A stretch of DNA of 62,273 nucleotides, filler included, from Sluysia triapertura (lineage: Eukaryota): the NCBI GenBank assembly GCA_046118255.1. It is 5 parts of 5 records of this genome, joined end to end, with 100 filler letters (N's around TTAATTAATTAA, not from the genome) between each part and the next. Parts side by side here need not be neighbours in the genome. Positions count along the whole stretch, not along the records: positions 11,807 to 24,164 come from JBJNIA010116640.1; positions 24,265 to 35,547 come from JBJNIA010186414.1; 3 more parts are not named here. One strand, written 5' to 3'. Made by a program: the position numbers and the translations under genes. The notes under the pieces were generated by a model that was not told the origin of the DNA, did not search any database, and was given only the letters and a program-made list of their open reading frames with translations. This document shows positions 11,807 to 25,199 of the stretch, one piece after another. Positions within the stretch are counted from its first letter, which is position 1. Each line of letters begins with the position of its first letter.

Positions 11807-12444
11807 CAGTTTCCGCAGATTTCTATGGTATGCACCTTATAAAAGGTAATCCCATCGACATGTTCAATTGTAAATATGGTGTAAATTATCTGGACAATTC
11901 GAATGGAACATTTGGATTACTATTAGGTGAGAAATTTTATTCTAACAATTCTTCTATAAACATTGACTATGTTTTATTTTATTGCCTTTATTTCAGACGT
12001 ACTTGTCAGGGACCTCAATCCATGAAGAAGAAGGTATTGCTGAGACGTATTCACAACAACAATTCCTATTTTCCTAAATTTTATGTAATATCAATAAATA
12101 ATTTAGAGAAACACTTTCATTTTGATAATTTAAATTGTAAATTTGAAAATTCACTATCAGATGCTTTAAAAAAAGAATCTTATCCTAGGGCAAAATCGAC
12201 TACGGATAAGATAACGATAAATATTTATTACAAAAGCTTTTACCATAGTTCGATTAACAAAAACAATATAACCGTGATTGACCTTTTTAATAACGAAAGT
12301 CAATCAAATGAACTTTTTCCCCAATCCAAAAGTTTTAAATATACGATGACACTCGCCCATCATAACAATTTAATATCACATTTAACGGAACTACCCATAA
12401 ACAGTGTCTCAATACAGTGTAATCAATACGAAAAATTTATCTAA
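11807..12444 (+). CDS. Hypothetical protein (204-aa ORF, open upstream into the linker; possible 70-nt intron 11927-11996)
   Basis: Longest ORF in the window and unlikely by chance at this AT content. No recognisable domain. Antisense to, and downstream of, the last visible XPD exon. Confidence 0.3.
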
Positions 12445-12799
12445 TATCTGAATTAAAACATACATCATGTGGTCCTAAATTGAACCCAAGTGATATATGA
12501 TTGCTCACACTTAAATTTTGTGAAAACAAAAATTTGAAATTTCTTCTGAATTAATGTTTACTAATCAAGAAATATTTCGAAAAACCAAATGACTTCTATT
12601 CAGGAAAATCTTTTAAATCAGTGGAATAAGTTCGGGGAACGAAAAATGATGCTTTGTATAATACATTTGAATTGTTATTTTGGTAATTATTTTCACTATT
12701 TAATAAACGTACCGAGTATATTTATAACATTTATATTTTTTCAATAATTTGATTACATTAAGTATTATTTCAAATAATTACAATAAATGAATAACATAC

Positions 12800-13077
12800 C
12801 ATCAATATACGTAGCAACTAAAGTGGCAAATTGTGATATATGTATCAAACTGCGATAATCAGACAAGTCTTCTATTTCTAAATTGTGTAATATAGATTGG
12901 AGACGTTCCGAACAAAATCTAAGTGGATGCCGCGTAATTCCTGTAAACTGTCGACATTCTCGAAGAAATTGAACTGGTGCTTTATATTGAACAGAACGAG
13001 TATTTTCATACACACGTTCCACAAAGCACATAAATCGCCTTAAAAATACCAAGAAATTATCAGCTAATCTAATTTCA
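12800..13077 (-). CDS. ERCC2: XPD Arch-domain exon (visible part after the N gap)
   Basis: [15 protein letters not shown]...[43 protein letters not shown]|gtatgt. Confidence 0.93.
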
Positions 13078-14419
13078 NNNNNNNNNNNNNNNNNNNNNNN
13101 NNNNNNNNNNNNNNNNNNNNNNNNNNNNNNNNNNNNNNNNNNNNNNNNNNNNNNNNNNNNNNNNNNNNNNNNNNNNNNNNNNNNNNNNNNNNNNNNNNNN
13201 NNNNNNNNNNNNNNNNNNNNNNGGAAGAGCTTAAAGTAAAAAATTAATTGTAAGAGAAGAATTTACTTGGATTTGCCAACAATAAATCTTGAATTTTCGC
13301 TTGATTAGCTACTTTGATTCCTTGTGCTAATTTCTTATATTCTTCTTCCAATTTAGTTTTATTCATTTCTTTGATCCTATATAAAGTATATAATGACAAT
13401 GTTTATTTTTACTTTATTTTTAATTATAGTCTTGAAACGCCTCATAAATCTTTCAGAAATTCGACTAGTTCATTAAATTTAAAAATTAACTTTACAATTT
13501 CACATGAAAATAAAAGCAGTGTAACATTTATTTTATTTCTTAAATAACTCATGAATTATTCTTTCAGAATATTAATACAATATCAAAACATATAGTTGCA
13601 GGAACGCCCTCAATATGTCATAGGTCGTTTATTCAATTTTATTTTGCCGCAGAAAACCGCAGCACTATTATTATATAATTAAGTAATTAAAATCACAACT
13701 TCTTGCATTTCTTTGAAAGATCAAGTTTACATGGAGACCATTCCAGTGAATCCAAGGTCCAAAAAATTAAAGTATTAATTTCTCATGTTATGGAGTTCCC
13801 GTACATTAGTACATACATTAATCGTTCATTAATCATTTGTACTTACAGAAATATTTGCATTTCGAAAATCCTACATTTGAAGGATTAATAACCAATCAAT
13901 TGTTTACCTTTAAATAAAGAAACAATACTAACATTCGAACTTTATTTTTCAATTCTTTTAAACTACTTTTAGCTCGAGTAAGAGTATTTCTTTTTATTTC
14001 TATTGTCATAGATTCAATACAAACATTATCTGAATTATATAAATAAACAAATTAATAGTATTTATATAATAAAACTCTTTTTCTATTTTCTTAAAGGAGC
14101 TCCTAATGCATCTGTAATAAAAAAACACCCGATATTTCATATTTCATTGATTAAAATAATTTTACTTTTACTTTTTACTTGCAAAGTATAAAGGTTTTTA
14201 TAAAGTTTCAGATATAACAATACATAAATACAAAAATTTGGCTTTCAATAACGCTAAGTCCAGTATTCTGATCTAGGAAATTATGGCAAAAAATTGTTAA
14301 GTCAAATGATTTACTTTTTTCACCTGGCCAAATGTTTTATTTTGAATATAATAATAATTATTTTTTTTATTTTAACATAATTATTATATTAACGTTATAA
14401 TTCTACAACAATAATCTTT

Positions 14420-14484
<65 letters not shown>

Positions 14485-17400
14485 CACAAACCTATATTAT
14501 GAGCTTCATCAAAAATAACTACTGCATTTTTGGGAAAATCTTTTGATACTAAAGTAGCGATTTTAGGATCCAATAAATAATAATAACTATATACAACAAT
14601 GTTGGCATGCTTAATCTAAATATAAATATTTCATATTGTCTGTACATAAATTTTATAATGAATGCTTTTATTGTAACTAAATAAAGAAATTTGAAGTGTT
14701 TTAAACTATTTTTTTAATAATTTAACTTTAAACTATAAGATTAAGACTAAATAAAAAACATTTAAAAACTTCAAAGTGTGCTGGAAACCGATTTTTTAAA
14801 CTCAACGCCTACTTAAACCATTTTTATGAACAGTTCTACTGCCTATGGGACGATTTTTTTATTCATAAAAAATATTACTATAGTGATTCATAAAAAAATT
14901 TTACACTTTGTGAAGTATATACAACTAAATTCATCGTGACCTTACCTTCATAGAAAACGCCTTTTGAAAATGTATCAAATAATTATAAAAGATGCTATTA
15001 GTAAACTTTTTAAATATGTAGATAATTACATTTTTATATATAATATTTGTCTTTAATTAAATTTTATGTTAGATATATCTAACATTCGTACACTAATGGT
15101 TATATACGCAAATAGAAAAATGTATTACTAACCGCATGTCTCGCTAAAAAATAAGGACACAATTTATGCTTCCTACCATATTCTTTCAAATCTTCAAGTT
15201 GATAAATTCCGAATGGAAGAGGCTCGTCTCGTCCAATTTCATCAAAATTCTTAAATATTTAAATTTAAATCATTATTTATATATCTAATATTTTCTATAA
15301 AATTAACTATTGTTGGTTTTATATATAAGACATTTTCAGATCGCAAAGTAACAATCTTTACATTTTATAATCTGACTGTTTGATAAATTACAAATAATAG
15401 TGTATTTGTTAAAAACTAATAATGAAATTGTTTGAACACTGTACACTTTGAAAAACTTATGTCAATATTCCGTGATTCCAAAAGAAATAAAATAATTATA
15501 CTAAAAATATTTTTCTTTTAGATAAATTTATAATCTCTTTTATTCGTTGCTTCTATTATAACTCACTTTGCTAAATTTGTAATTCTTTATTGTTACAAAT
15601 TATCGTAAATATTATTAAATTTAAAATTTAAGATACGATGAGTAATCTCTAGTTTAAATATATTTTATATTATTTTTCACGAAAATCATAGTGACCAATA
15701 ATTTTTTATTTTATTTTAATTTCCATTATATAAATAATTTTAATATACAATTTACTAATAATATGGCCATTAGTTAATTAATTAATTTAATTTTCTCCTA
15801 CAAAACTGGCTTGGCCATAATACACTTTATAGATTTTTTTCATGTGAATTAGTTTGTATTATTATGTACCTTCAGTTTTTCTTTTTCATTTGTGTTTTAA
15901 TAAAATGACACATTTTCGTTCTTATTGCGTCGCTATTTAATCCGTAACACATTCTATTTGCTGGTTAAATGTGGTTAGTTCCACTTTGCTGTTCTTTTAT
16001 TTGATTCTTAAATTAAAGGCACTTTTGGGGATATTTTTTCCTTAATTTCACTTGTTTATTTGAAACTGCTGATATACATAAAATATTTTATTAAAAATAT
16101 TTTATTTAATTTTAGTTTAAATTATTTTCAATATTATTTATTTATTTATTATATTTTAAATTGTTAAATTAATTTATTTCAAATTTATTTATTTATCTCA
16201 CAATTTACTGTTTAACGAACAAGAGTTAGTTTTGTTTCTTCATATAACAATAGTATATATGAGTAATTGCTATTCACAATTTTAACATTTTGTATTTAAA
16301 CAGGATAAATATCTATATATAAAAATATGCAAAATTTAACCAAAACTTAATTGTATGAAGTTATTCGCTTTGCCATTTCTGTTTTGAGTGTTATTGTATA
16401 TCTAAGTTTTATCATTTCAAGATAAATACACATATTTTTCCATAATTAATTATTTACATGTAAAACAATGCAACAGGACTCGATATCTTATTTACACACG
16501 TTTAATCAAATAAACAAATCATGAATCAAACAAATAGATGAAAGTATAAAAATACTAAAAAAACTTGACACAATTTTCTTTAAATTCAGTAATGATGATT
16601 CTATTTCGTTACAGAGATAATGGGATCATGTAATATTGAACAATTTGACTCTAACGGAGTTTATCTGCAACATCTCCCATCAGTAAGCAGTGTAGTTTTG
16701 TTGAGTCAGAAGTACCATCAATAAATTATTAGTTGGGAAATAAACATAACAAATTTATTTCTAGCTTCTTTTCAAGTTTTTGCACTGTATATTTATGTTT
16801 GTGGCCATAAAAGGTTTGCAAGCTCCACAAGTTGTACGTTATAATATATTGAGTGTCACGAGTATATTCGTGCGTAACATCCTGCCAACCACGAGTATAT
16901 TCATGATTGGCAGCGAATGGGTTAAATAAAATATGTGCACAGAAAAATCCAGCTCAATTTTGAAATATACAAAATGTTAAAAAACATGACTAAAACGTTT
17001 AAAATGTATTAAATTTTTTCACTGAAATTCTATTTCGAAAAAGTGAAAATATTTGAAATTAAAGTAGCCAGATATTTTAAAAATAACTTTTTTTATACAT
17101 AAGCTCGAGTTTTAATATTTAAACATAAAGCACTTATCAGATGCAAAGAAAAAACCATTACTATAAGATTGTGTGTAAATTCCTAAAATTTTAAAATATT
17201 TAATAGACATGGAACGAAAATGTATACTTCAATTTAAACATTAGGTTATTCAATGTTGACTTAAGGTTTAACTTCACGGTTGCACAAAATGGTGTGAGTA
17301 ATAAGAAGAAAATATCGCTAGCATGGTCATTACAAAATAAAAAATAATAGTGTTAGAATATTTTATAACCTACTACTTGACTTGTAGGTGCAACTTGAGC

Positions 17401-20400
17401 TTTAGATAATTAATTTCTAACACTTATAATAATAACTGGAGGTTACTGTTCACTCGTTTCTAGAACTGCAATTTTGTTTGATTAATGTCAAAATTCAAGT
17501 TCTCCGTAAAAATCATATAATATAAACTGAACTGACTAAAAATTTATTTATTTATAAGTTACAATTATAAAGTCTACAAAATAATTCGGATAATATTCGC
17601 AATATAAAATATACCACACGTAGTTATATTTTGGCGCTCATAAATTTCTTTTCAATTTAAATTTAACACTTTAATTATTTTAAATGTTATTCTATTAAAT
17701 ATGCAAAGTTAAATGTTAATGTATTTCAAATTATAAAATGTCAGTTATTCAAATAACAATTAGATACCAAATACCTTTGACTCTGACGATAATTATTTAC
17801 CAAATACCTTTAACTCGAACAGCAATTGAATACCAAAGACCAAATATCTTCTATGAGTATCTTCTTTAAATATCTTCTTCAATAAATAACTTGAACAATA
17901 ATCGAATATCAAATGTCTTCTTCGATTAATAACTTGAATACCAAATACCTTCAACCGACAACTTCCATCAATAACTCATTTTTATGATTGAAAAGAACGC
18001 TTCTATTTATATTCGATTTTTTCCATAATATTTTTTAATTTTTGTATTACTATAAAATATAGTGAAAATACTTTTTATTTACACTATAGTTTGTTATTAT
18101 TTTATAATATGTTATTATTTTTCTCTCTTAATTTTAATTACTATTATCATATTCATTTTATTGTTTACTATTATGTTATTACTTTTGTCTTTCTTTTTAA
18201 TATAGAATTATATCATTTTGATTTTATAAATAATTTTTATTTTTAATTAATTTTTCACATAATCTTTACAAATAATCTTTATAATATTATAAAAATGATC
18301 AAAAATCCTATAAAAATACACAAAGGGAAAATTTAATTGCTACCAGTATGTGTGATTTAACACACTACATTTTGTGCTTAAAAGTTCTGAACATATAAAT
18401 ATTACTCTGTAAACAAAGATGCATTGGTTTTAATGATATAATACAGAGAATATATATTTCCACTCGTTTTTATCCGAAACGCCTGTTTTATTATTTCTTT
18501 ATGCATACCTATTTTTTCGAAAATAGGTTACTTTATTACTGCTAAATAACAAAAACAAATAAATACGTGAGCAAACAAACTTCAACTAGTTGAACAATTA
18601 AAGCAAACCCTATCATATCATAAATAAACATTTCATAGAGCAATTTGCATAGAAGTGATTTTTGAAAGTGGTGCAGATATTGTTATTTTATAATACAATT
18701 ACATCAACGTGAGAGATTGATTCAACAATATACTTTGTAAAAAAAATTAAAATAAGTGCTATTTGGAAGCTTAGTGAAATTTATTTTCGTAGATGATTAT
18801 TTGAATATTTCGTCGAATACTTTCATTTACATTTTGTCTACTTAGCTAGAACTATTATTGATAAATCTCAAAAAGATATGAAATTGATAAAAATGAAGAC
18901 CAATCTGGACCGGTCCTGATGTGAACGAGCTATGCGATAGTGAAGAAGAATTTGTTGTGTGATTCTGAAGGCAGTAGGAATGAAAATCATCGCAATATTT
19001 GCCGGGAAAGAAAAAGAATGTTATTATTTCAGATACTGAGGGCAAACGTTCTGTTGATGCATACGCTGATGATATGCCATTGATTAACTGAATCATATAA
19101 TTGTTATATTATGATTAATTAGAGTAAGGAAAGAGATGAATGTTTGAAACCTGTTTAAAAGTGGAGAATAATTGGTCAGTTCGCCGCCATTTAATATTTA
19201 CGATTTGATGTCATTTTGTCGTTGCATTTTGCCAACATTTTATAATTACAATGTGACACATTTTAACTACAATTTAACAGCCTTTTTATGCAAAAAAGAA
19301 TTTTCTAATGAGTCAATACGTATTTGATCGAAATGAAAACCATATTAATAGAACGCTTATGATTTGGAAAAAGCAGGCAGATTCACTTCTAATACCTCTA
19401 CTAGTCAAATACATGAATCAACTAATTAGTGAAAGTCGATATGTAAGTATTCAAGTAATTGCATTTAGTAGTACTGATAGGAATCTAAAATGAGTGACAC
19501 CAGTCTATTGGATTCAACTGGAATATGCTCGCACACGTAATTACCAGAAATATTGAAAGTAAAGTTAAAGTAGATCCATTTATTGCTGGAAAAGCTGAGG
19601 AAGACAAAGTAAAACTATTAATTGAATTACATGATTATATTAATTATTTATGCTTTATCATGTATTTTCAATTTTGATTACCGTTTTATTGCAGTTGGTT
19701 TCCAACTTTTATGCAATTTTTAATGTCGAATTTAAAAATTTGATGATTGGATAATCATGTTAATTCCAGATCTTACGTCTGCTCATTAAGTTTCAATCTT
19801 AATTCAATAGATTTGACAATGATTACAACAAAGTTGTAGTGTGTAACTATATCAAATCTAAAATAAATTTAATACCCAAATTCCTAGTAAAATCCAACGA
19901 AGTCCTAAAATTAATTTATTTGAAACATATTTAATACAGCATTCGAAAGTCACTTTGAGAAAGATCTATAAACCATGAGCATTATTAAAACAAATACTTG
20001 CTAATCTTTCATCCACAACCAGTAATAGCTGACTCTAAGTCTGTTCACATGATTTGCATTAAAATTTTACTTATTCAAATCAGTTAACACAGTCTGCAGT
20101 CTTCTACTGTCCATTAGCTCGTTACCATCATTTACAATTATAAATGGTGGTAAATTCTGATATCAATTGTATCATTCAATTAACCGTATGTATCATCATA
20201 CGCATTGGCCTGGAAACCATATTAATGCACGATAAATTGTTTTACTAAATAAAGCAAAGCCTGGAGGCCATATTTATTTAATATAAATCTTAATTCATGA
20301 ATATTATATTGCAATATTTCTTTTAAAGATACTAAAATATTATTTTTAAATTACTAAAATTTATTAATTTTCATATGAGACTATTAGTGCTTTTTTATGA

Positions 20401-21427
20401 TTATATTTTTGTTAATTTGCTATAAATTATTCTCACAAATGTAATAGTTTTATAAAAGTATGTTTATAAATTCGAAGATAATTTAGAATTAATGATAGCT
20501 ACAAATGAAAGTCTAAGATTTTAACCAAAAACATTAGCACACACAATAAAATATTAAGGAATCATTTTATAAAATTCTAAAAAGTTTGAATTTATTTAAG
20601 TGTTTATAAGATTAATGAAATATGATATTGACAAAACTGAATACAAATACATACGATTTATTATAGTATTTAATTTTTACTGTTGATAATATTTTTGAAA
20701 TTTATCATTTTATCAGTTAAGATTATATAAAAGAAGCATTTTAAAAATGATTTTACATTCCTTCGATTCAGACTTAATTTAATACTTCTATAATTAAATT
20801 AATAAAAATTATGATAGGTTTGTTAAATTGAACATTACCTCGAAATAATTACAAACCGGAACTGTATCATCGTTTCTATGACGATCGCGAACAAAACTAG
20901 CTGTTAGTTTTCTGCAAGCAGTATCAACATTTTCTGGAGATTCTTTAAGAACAAGTGGATGTATGCACATATTTTTACGAGAACTTAATGCTACTCCCAA
21001 TAAATTTACTGGATTTTCTTGATCTTTTTCGATATATGCGAACAATGTCTTTAATTCATCAATAACCTATGCAAATACATAAACTTGTAAATTCATAATC
21101 TTTGCAAATACATACCTTTTCCACTTCAGTAATTGTTCTCGAACAATAAATTAATTTTGTTATTTGACTCGGTTTCTGCAACATATATGATACTAAGAGA
21201 GATAGCAAAGATATAGTTTTGCCGGTTCCCGAAGGCATCTCAAGCATGCAATGAGCCTAAATATTTTAAATAGAAAAAATATAATACATTGTTGTCTATT
21301 GCTGTTTTTAATGACCGCATATATTCAACTTGTTCTGGATAAACATAATCATATGGAAATGATACCTTCAAGTCCTCAATATGAAACCTAAAGAGATGTA
21401 AATCAAGCAAACAATAAGTTACTTCAT
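12800..21427 (-). CDS. ERCC2: TFIIH/NER DNA helicase XPD (Rad3 family), 5' portion. Exons 21423-21427, 21288-21387, 21116-21256, 20839-21066, 15133-15249, 14492-14615, 13933-14029, 13267-13376, 12800-13229 (with N gap). 3' half not in this scaffold
   Basis: Spliced translation [21 protein letters not shown]...[10 protein letters not shown] (motif I)...IYCSRT...[27 protein letters not shown] (four FeS Cys)...[16 protein letters not shown] (motif II)...PLRFCSERL. All visible junctions are GT-AG and in phase. Confidence 0.97.
13267..13376 (-). CDS. ERCC2: XPD exon 8 (Arch domain)
   Basis: [36 protein letters not shown]; followed by a 37-nt intron. Confidence 0.9.
13933..14029 (-). CDS. ERCC2: XPD exon 7
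   Basis: [32 protein letters not shown]. Confidence 0.92.
14420..14482. repeat. Compound (AAC)n(AAT)n microsatellite in an XPD intron
   Basis: Read directly from the sequence. Confidence 0.95.
14492..14615 (-). CDS. ERCC2: XPD exon 6 (DEAH box)
   Basis: [41 protein letters not shown]. Confidence 0.95.
15133..15249 (-). CDS. ERCC2: XPD exon 5
   Basis: [39 protein letters not shown]. Confidence 0.93.
16855..16925. mobile_element. piggyBac-type terminus (TIR plus TTAA)
   Basis: ...cacgagtatattcgtg...cacgagtatattcatgattggcagcgaatGGG-TTAA, with subterminal near-palindromic repeats. Confidence 0.6.
17750..17975. repeat. Degenerate minisatellite (~30-35-nt unit with core taccaaatacctt)
   Basis: Core recurs at ~17765, 17798, 17831 and 17939, with diverged versions in between. 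Confidence 0.65.
20839..21066 (-). CDS. ERCC2: XPD exon 4 (FeS domain)
   Basis: VIDELKTLF...[11 protein letters not shown]...[10 protein letters not shown]...CNYFE. Confidence 0.95.
21116..21256 (-). CDS. ERCC2: XPD exon 3 (Walker A)
   Basis: [21 protein letters not shown]...[12 protein letters not shown]. Confidence 0.95.
21288..21387 (-). CDS. ERCC2: XPD exon 2
   Basis: [33 protein letters not shown]; flanked by 35-nt and 31-nt introns. Confidence 0.93.
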
Positions 21428-22616
21428 TGTAGAATAAAAAATAATGCAATAATTATATTTAAATGTTATAAAAATAAATTATATTTCTATGAATTTCTTG
21501 TTGCAAAATGTATCTATTATTCAACCTCTAATATTAAATATTAAAACAACATTCCGTTAAGATTCTAAAGCATTGGTAGGTTATAGTTTGATCATTTTTA
21601 CATGCCATTTATAATATTAGTGTCAGTTTTTACAATATTAAGCTGAGTAATATTTTAAAAGGTGGCAATGTAATACGTACTTGTAAATTTACTTAATTAT
21701 AAAGTGATAGCCAATAAATATATTCTTATACCCATACTTCGATTTACGCTGAAATTCGTTTTGAAAAAACTGCGTAAATCCAAAATAAACTAAAATGTGC
21801 ATAATTCAGTCATTTATGTATTTTGGAAAACATAACAGTAGCTGTCATTTCATAAAGTTATGCATATAATTAATTTTAAATGTAGAAACAAAAAATATAT
21901 CTTTAAAATATTTTAATTACTCATCACTTTCACGAACTACTAATCTTTTCTTCTAATTGGTGTGAACGTTGGGATTATCCAAGAAGTGAATGAAAATGGT
22001 GTGGAATTTGAAAGTGCAGAAGAAATCAATACATTCTTGAATTGAGAATAATGAAGATAAAATAAACTAAAATGTGCATAATTCAGTCATAGAGTGTTGA
22101 GATGGACTTGAAAATAATCTAGAAATATTAAGGTACCGTTGATCTGGTAAACCTTAGATCATCTGAGCCCTCATTAAACTTTAAGAAACTTTTAGATTTT
22201 ATAAGCATTTAAGAGCATTGAGTAACCCTATAAGCGCAGTAGATTGTACACGCTGGCGCAGTTAACTGCTCCCGCTCATTATTAATACTGATTAAGTATA
22301 TAATTTAAGTATATAATTAAGTGTATAGTTGATATTGATGAAGCATATAATTTCTGGAAAAACCGCAAAAAACAGAAGAGAAAATAATGCATAAAAATGA
22401 AATAAATTTATGTTGTGGTAGTTTCATTTTTTTTATTAGTTGAGTTTTGATTTGTTTTATATAATAAAGAATTTAGGATTAACAATAACAAATTACAACG
22501 TACAAATATTATAAATTTTAAAAATTTGCTCAGACTGCTACAAATTCGTCCATGCGTTTAATATTTGACGTAGTTAGCACTTTGTTGGAGGGAACATTGC
22601 TTGTAAAGTAGTTAAA

Positions 22617-22942
22617 ATTTTTAAAATATTTGAGAAATAAAATCATTGTAACTAATATTAAAAATAAGTTTGATATAATAGTACTTAACATGAAGAGGTA
22701 GAAAAGGAATAAGAGTGGTGGTGAAAGTACTAAATGCCTTATAAAGTACTAAATAATTTCAGAACCTTAATAAAACCTTTAAACATAAAATAAGATTAAA
22801 TCTAAAAATAGATTAATTAAATAAAATCTTAATTTACCTAATATAAGAAAAAGTACGTTTTTGTGAATAGCTTTTGAATGAGGAATTCTATGCCAAAGTT
22901 GAAACTGTACGTATTTGTTTAAAAACACTTTTCGATGAAGGT
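22617..22942 (+). repeat. Dispersed repeat, copy 1 (copy 2 at ~53875-54212)
   Basis: Shared aaaatatttgagaaataaaat...aacatgaaga.gtagaaaaggaat...aagaaaaagtacgtttttgtgaata...ttttcga.gaaggt. Confidence 0.85.
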
Positions 22943-23289
22943 TTCATTGCGTATTATTAAAAAGTATCAATGATAACTCAACAATTTAACTAACACGCAC
23001 TCTCAATATATTTAAATTATACAGGCCTAAAATGCCATAGAATAATGATAGTGTAGTTGACCATAATAAAACAAAATTGTTAGACAGGGCTGATAGCTAG
23101 TTTCTTTATTTCACCAACTTAATTGTTTGCTTGCGGTTTATTATTGGTGCCTTTAGTGCCTTTAGTGTAATTGACTATAATAATCTAACATTGTTAGACG
23201 GGACTGATAGCTCTTGGGGTTTCTCTTTCTTTGGATGAGTCTATTAAGGTTAACAAACCGAAACACCCGTATCCTTCGGTACAATCTCT

Positions 23290-23700
23290 TTGTCTCAAAT
23301 TTAGTAAGGATACTTTCTCTCTCTAGATGAAGCCTTCACTGAATTTTGTGACCTCATTTACTAAATGAATCCTCCAAAGTTTCCTAATATTATGTCTCAA
23401 ATTAAATTCCACAGTAACGAGTTTAAGGAGGATATTAATCTCAACAAGATCTTTGAAAAGAATCAGTCCAAAGCCTTCCACCTGGTAACTGGTACTGACT
23501 CTCTTCCCATCACTCCTTCTGTTGATGAAATCGTCTTTACTATAGTTTCGGTTTTGTTCCACCCTTCTATCCATCTAAGATTGGTGTGACACCTTACTTT
23601 ATGGATTTTTCAATCTGTTCTCCATTTTCTGAAGCTGAAATCATAATAACCACAAAGTATTGCAAAACCTCTGCACCGGAATTTAGAGATTACGCAACCA
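23290..23700 (+). mobile_element. Non-LTR retrotransposon (R2/NeSL-like REL clade) pre-RT region relic
   Basis: KIFEKNQSKAFHLVTG...ITPSVDEI, then SPFSEAEII..KYCKTSAPE (cf. PFT.EEV...L...SAPGPD, the RT region-0 motif). Confidence 0.5.
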
Positions 23701-24164
23701 GTATTAATGTTTTGCTTAACAAAAATGATTTTATAAGTTTATTATCGATTAAGAACATTCTAATACTCTGAAAGTATATTACAAACAAAGGAAAAACTAA
23801 TTGAAATTCTTACAAAGATTAAAATCATAATATCGATAATAAGTTAATTAACTAGCTCAACCTCAGTTGGAAGTATTAAAAGATTTTAAAATAAGTTTCG
23901 CAACCCTTATCAAGGTGTTGCATCAAAATAAAAATGAGTTTAAGTATATTTTACTATTCCCTTATTAAGGTGAATAGGTAAATCCTAACAATAAAAATTA
24001 CTTGGAAAGCATGGAATATTTATCTTCTGAAATTTTCTCCGATAGAACATTATAAAAATTTGGTTAAAAATATTTGCGTTATTTTTATTAAAAAACTTAC
24101 CTATTTATATAAAATTGATTTACTCCATATTGGAAGATGTCTTCTATTTATTAAATTGATTCAT

Positions 24165-24264
24165 NNNNNNNNNNNNNNNNNNNNNNNNNNNNNNNNNNNN
24201 NNNNNNNNTTAATTAATTAANNNNNNNNNNNNNNNNNNNNNNNNNNNNNNNNNNNNNNNNNNNN
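24165..24264. other. Artificial scaffold linker
   Basis: N44-TTAATTAATTAA-N44. Confidence 0.95.
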
Positions 24265-24930
24265 TTGCTAAACCTCCACTTATTGATGTTCACAAAAGAG
24301 CAAGAATTAACCTTGCCGAAAAGCATATTAATAATCACACTGACTGGACCAAGATAATATTCACAGATGGGAAGAAATTTAATTTGGATAGTCCTGATGA
24401 TTATAAATACTATTGGCATCATCTAAAGGATTCAAAAGAAATATTTTCTAAGAGAATTTATGGTGGAGGATCATTTATGGTATGGGAACCATAATTTACG
24501 ATGAAAAGCTAGCTTTATGTGTGGTTTCATCAACTCTTAATAGTGATAAGTACTATGATTTGATAAAAGAAGTAGTAGTTCCGCATGTCAAACTTCCAGA
24601 AAATATCAATGATATCGATCTAAAACTACACTTAATAAGTTCAGTGAAGATGGATTAAAAGTGTTAGCAAGATCCCTTGACCTCAATCCAACAGAAAATT
24701 TATGGTATCAAGAAAACAGTATAACAATATATCTGAGTTACAAAATACAATAATGGATGATTGGGCAAAGATTGAAATAAAAAGTGTAAGTACATTGATT
24801 AATTCGATGACAAAGGTGTGTGTAGAGGTATTGAAAAACTCAGAACAACAATAAAATACTAATTTTGTACAATACGTTGTATAGTCTTTTAAATAAAAGT
24901 TTGTTTAATGAGTCCTATAGTTTTAAAACA
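24265..24930 (+). mobile_element. Tc1/Tc3-like transposase pseudogene
   Basis: AKPPLIDVHKRARINLAEKH...DWTKIIFTDGKKFNLDSPDDYKYYWH...RIYGGGSFMVW...RSLDLNPTENLW...LINSM. Frameshifts and deletions. Confidence 0.9.
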
Positions 24931-25199
24931 GAATTTATTTAACTAAATACAATGTGGTAGTTAAAAATATAGTAAAAATGGAAATTATAAATAATAAATA
25001 TTTGTGTTTATTTATTATATTGTGTAATTAATTTGTTATAATATAAATTGTGTTTGTATATAAAGCAAAAATAGGGGCTGTCATGTACTTTCGAAACATG
25101 GTGTATATTAAACTTTGTGGCCACCTCATTATTCCAACCTAACATCACTTCCTTCTTTAAAAATTTGTCCTCATATTCAATGGATTTTAAAGAGAAACT

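Noticed and set aside
17750-17975. CRISPR-like array
   Set aside because: Eukaryotic context, non-identical repeats, spacers related to each other, and no cas genes.
18780-19500. piggyBac N-terminal relic (acidic tract, LHFAN-like motif)
   Set aside because: Too degenerate to support as a feature.
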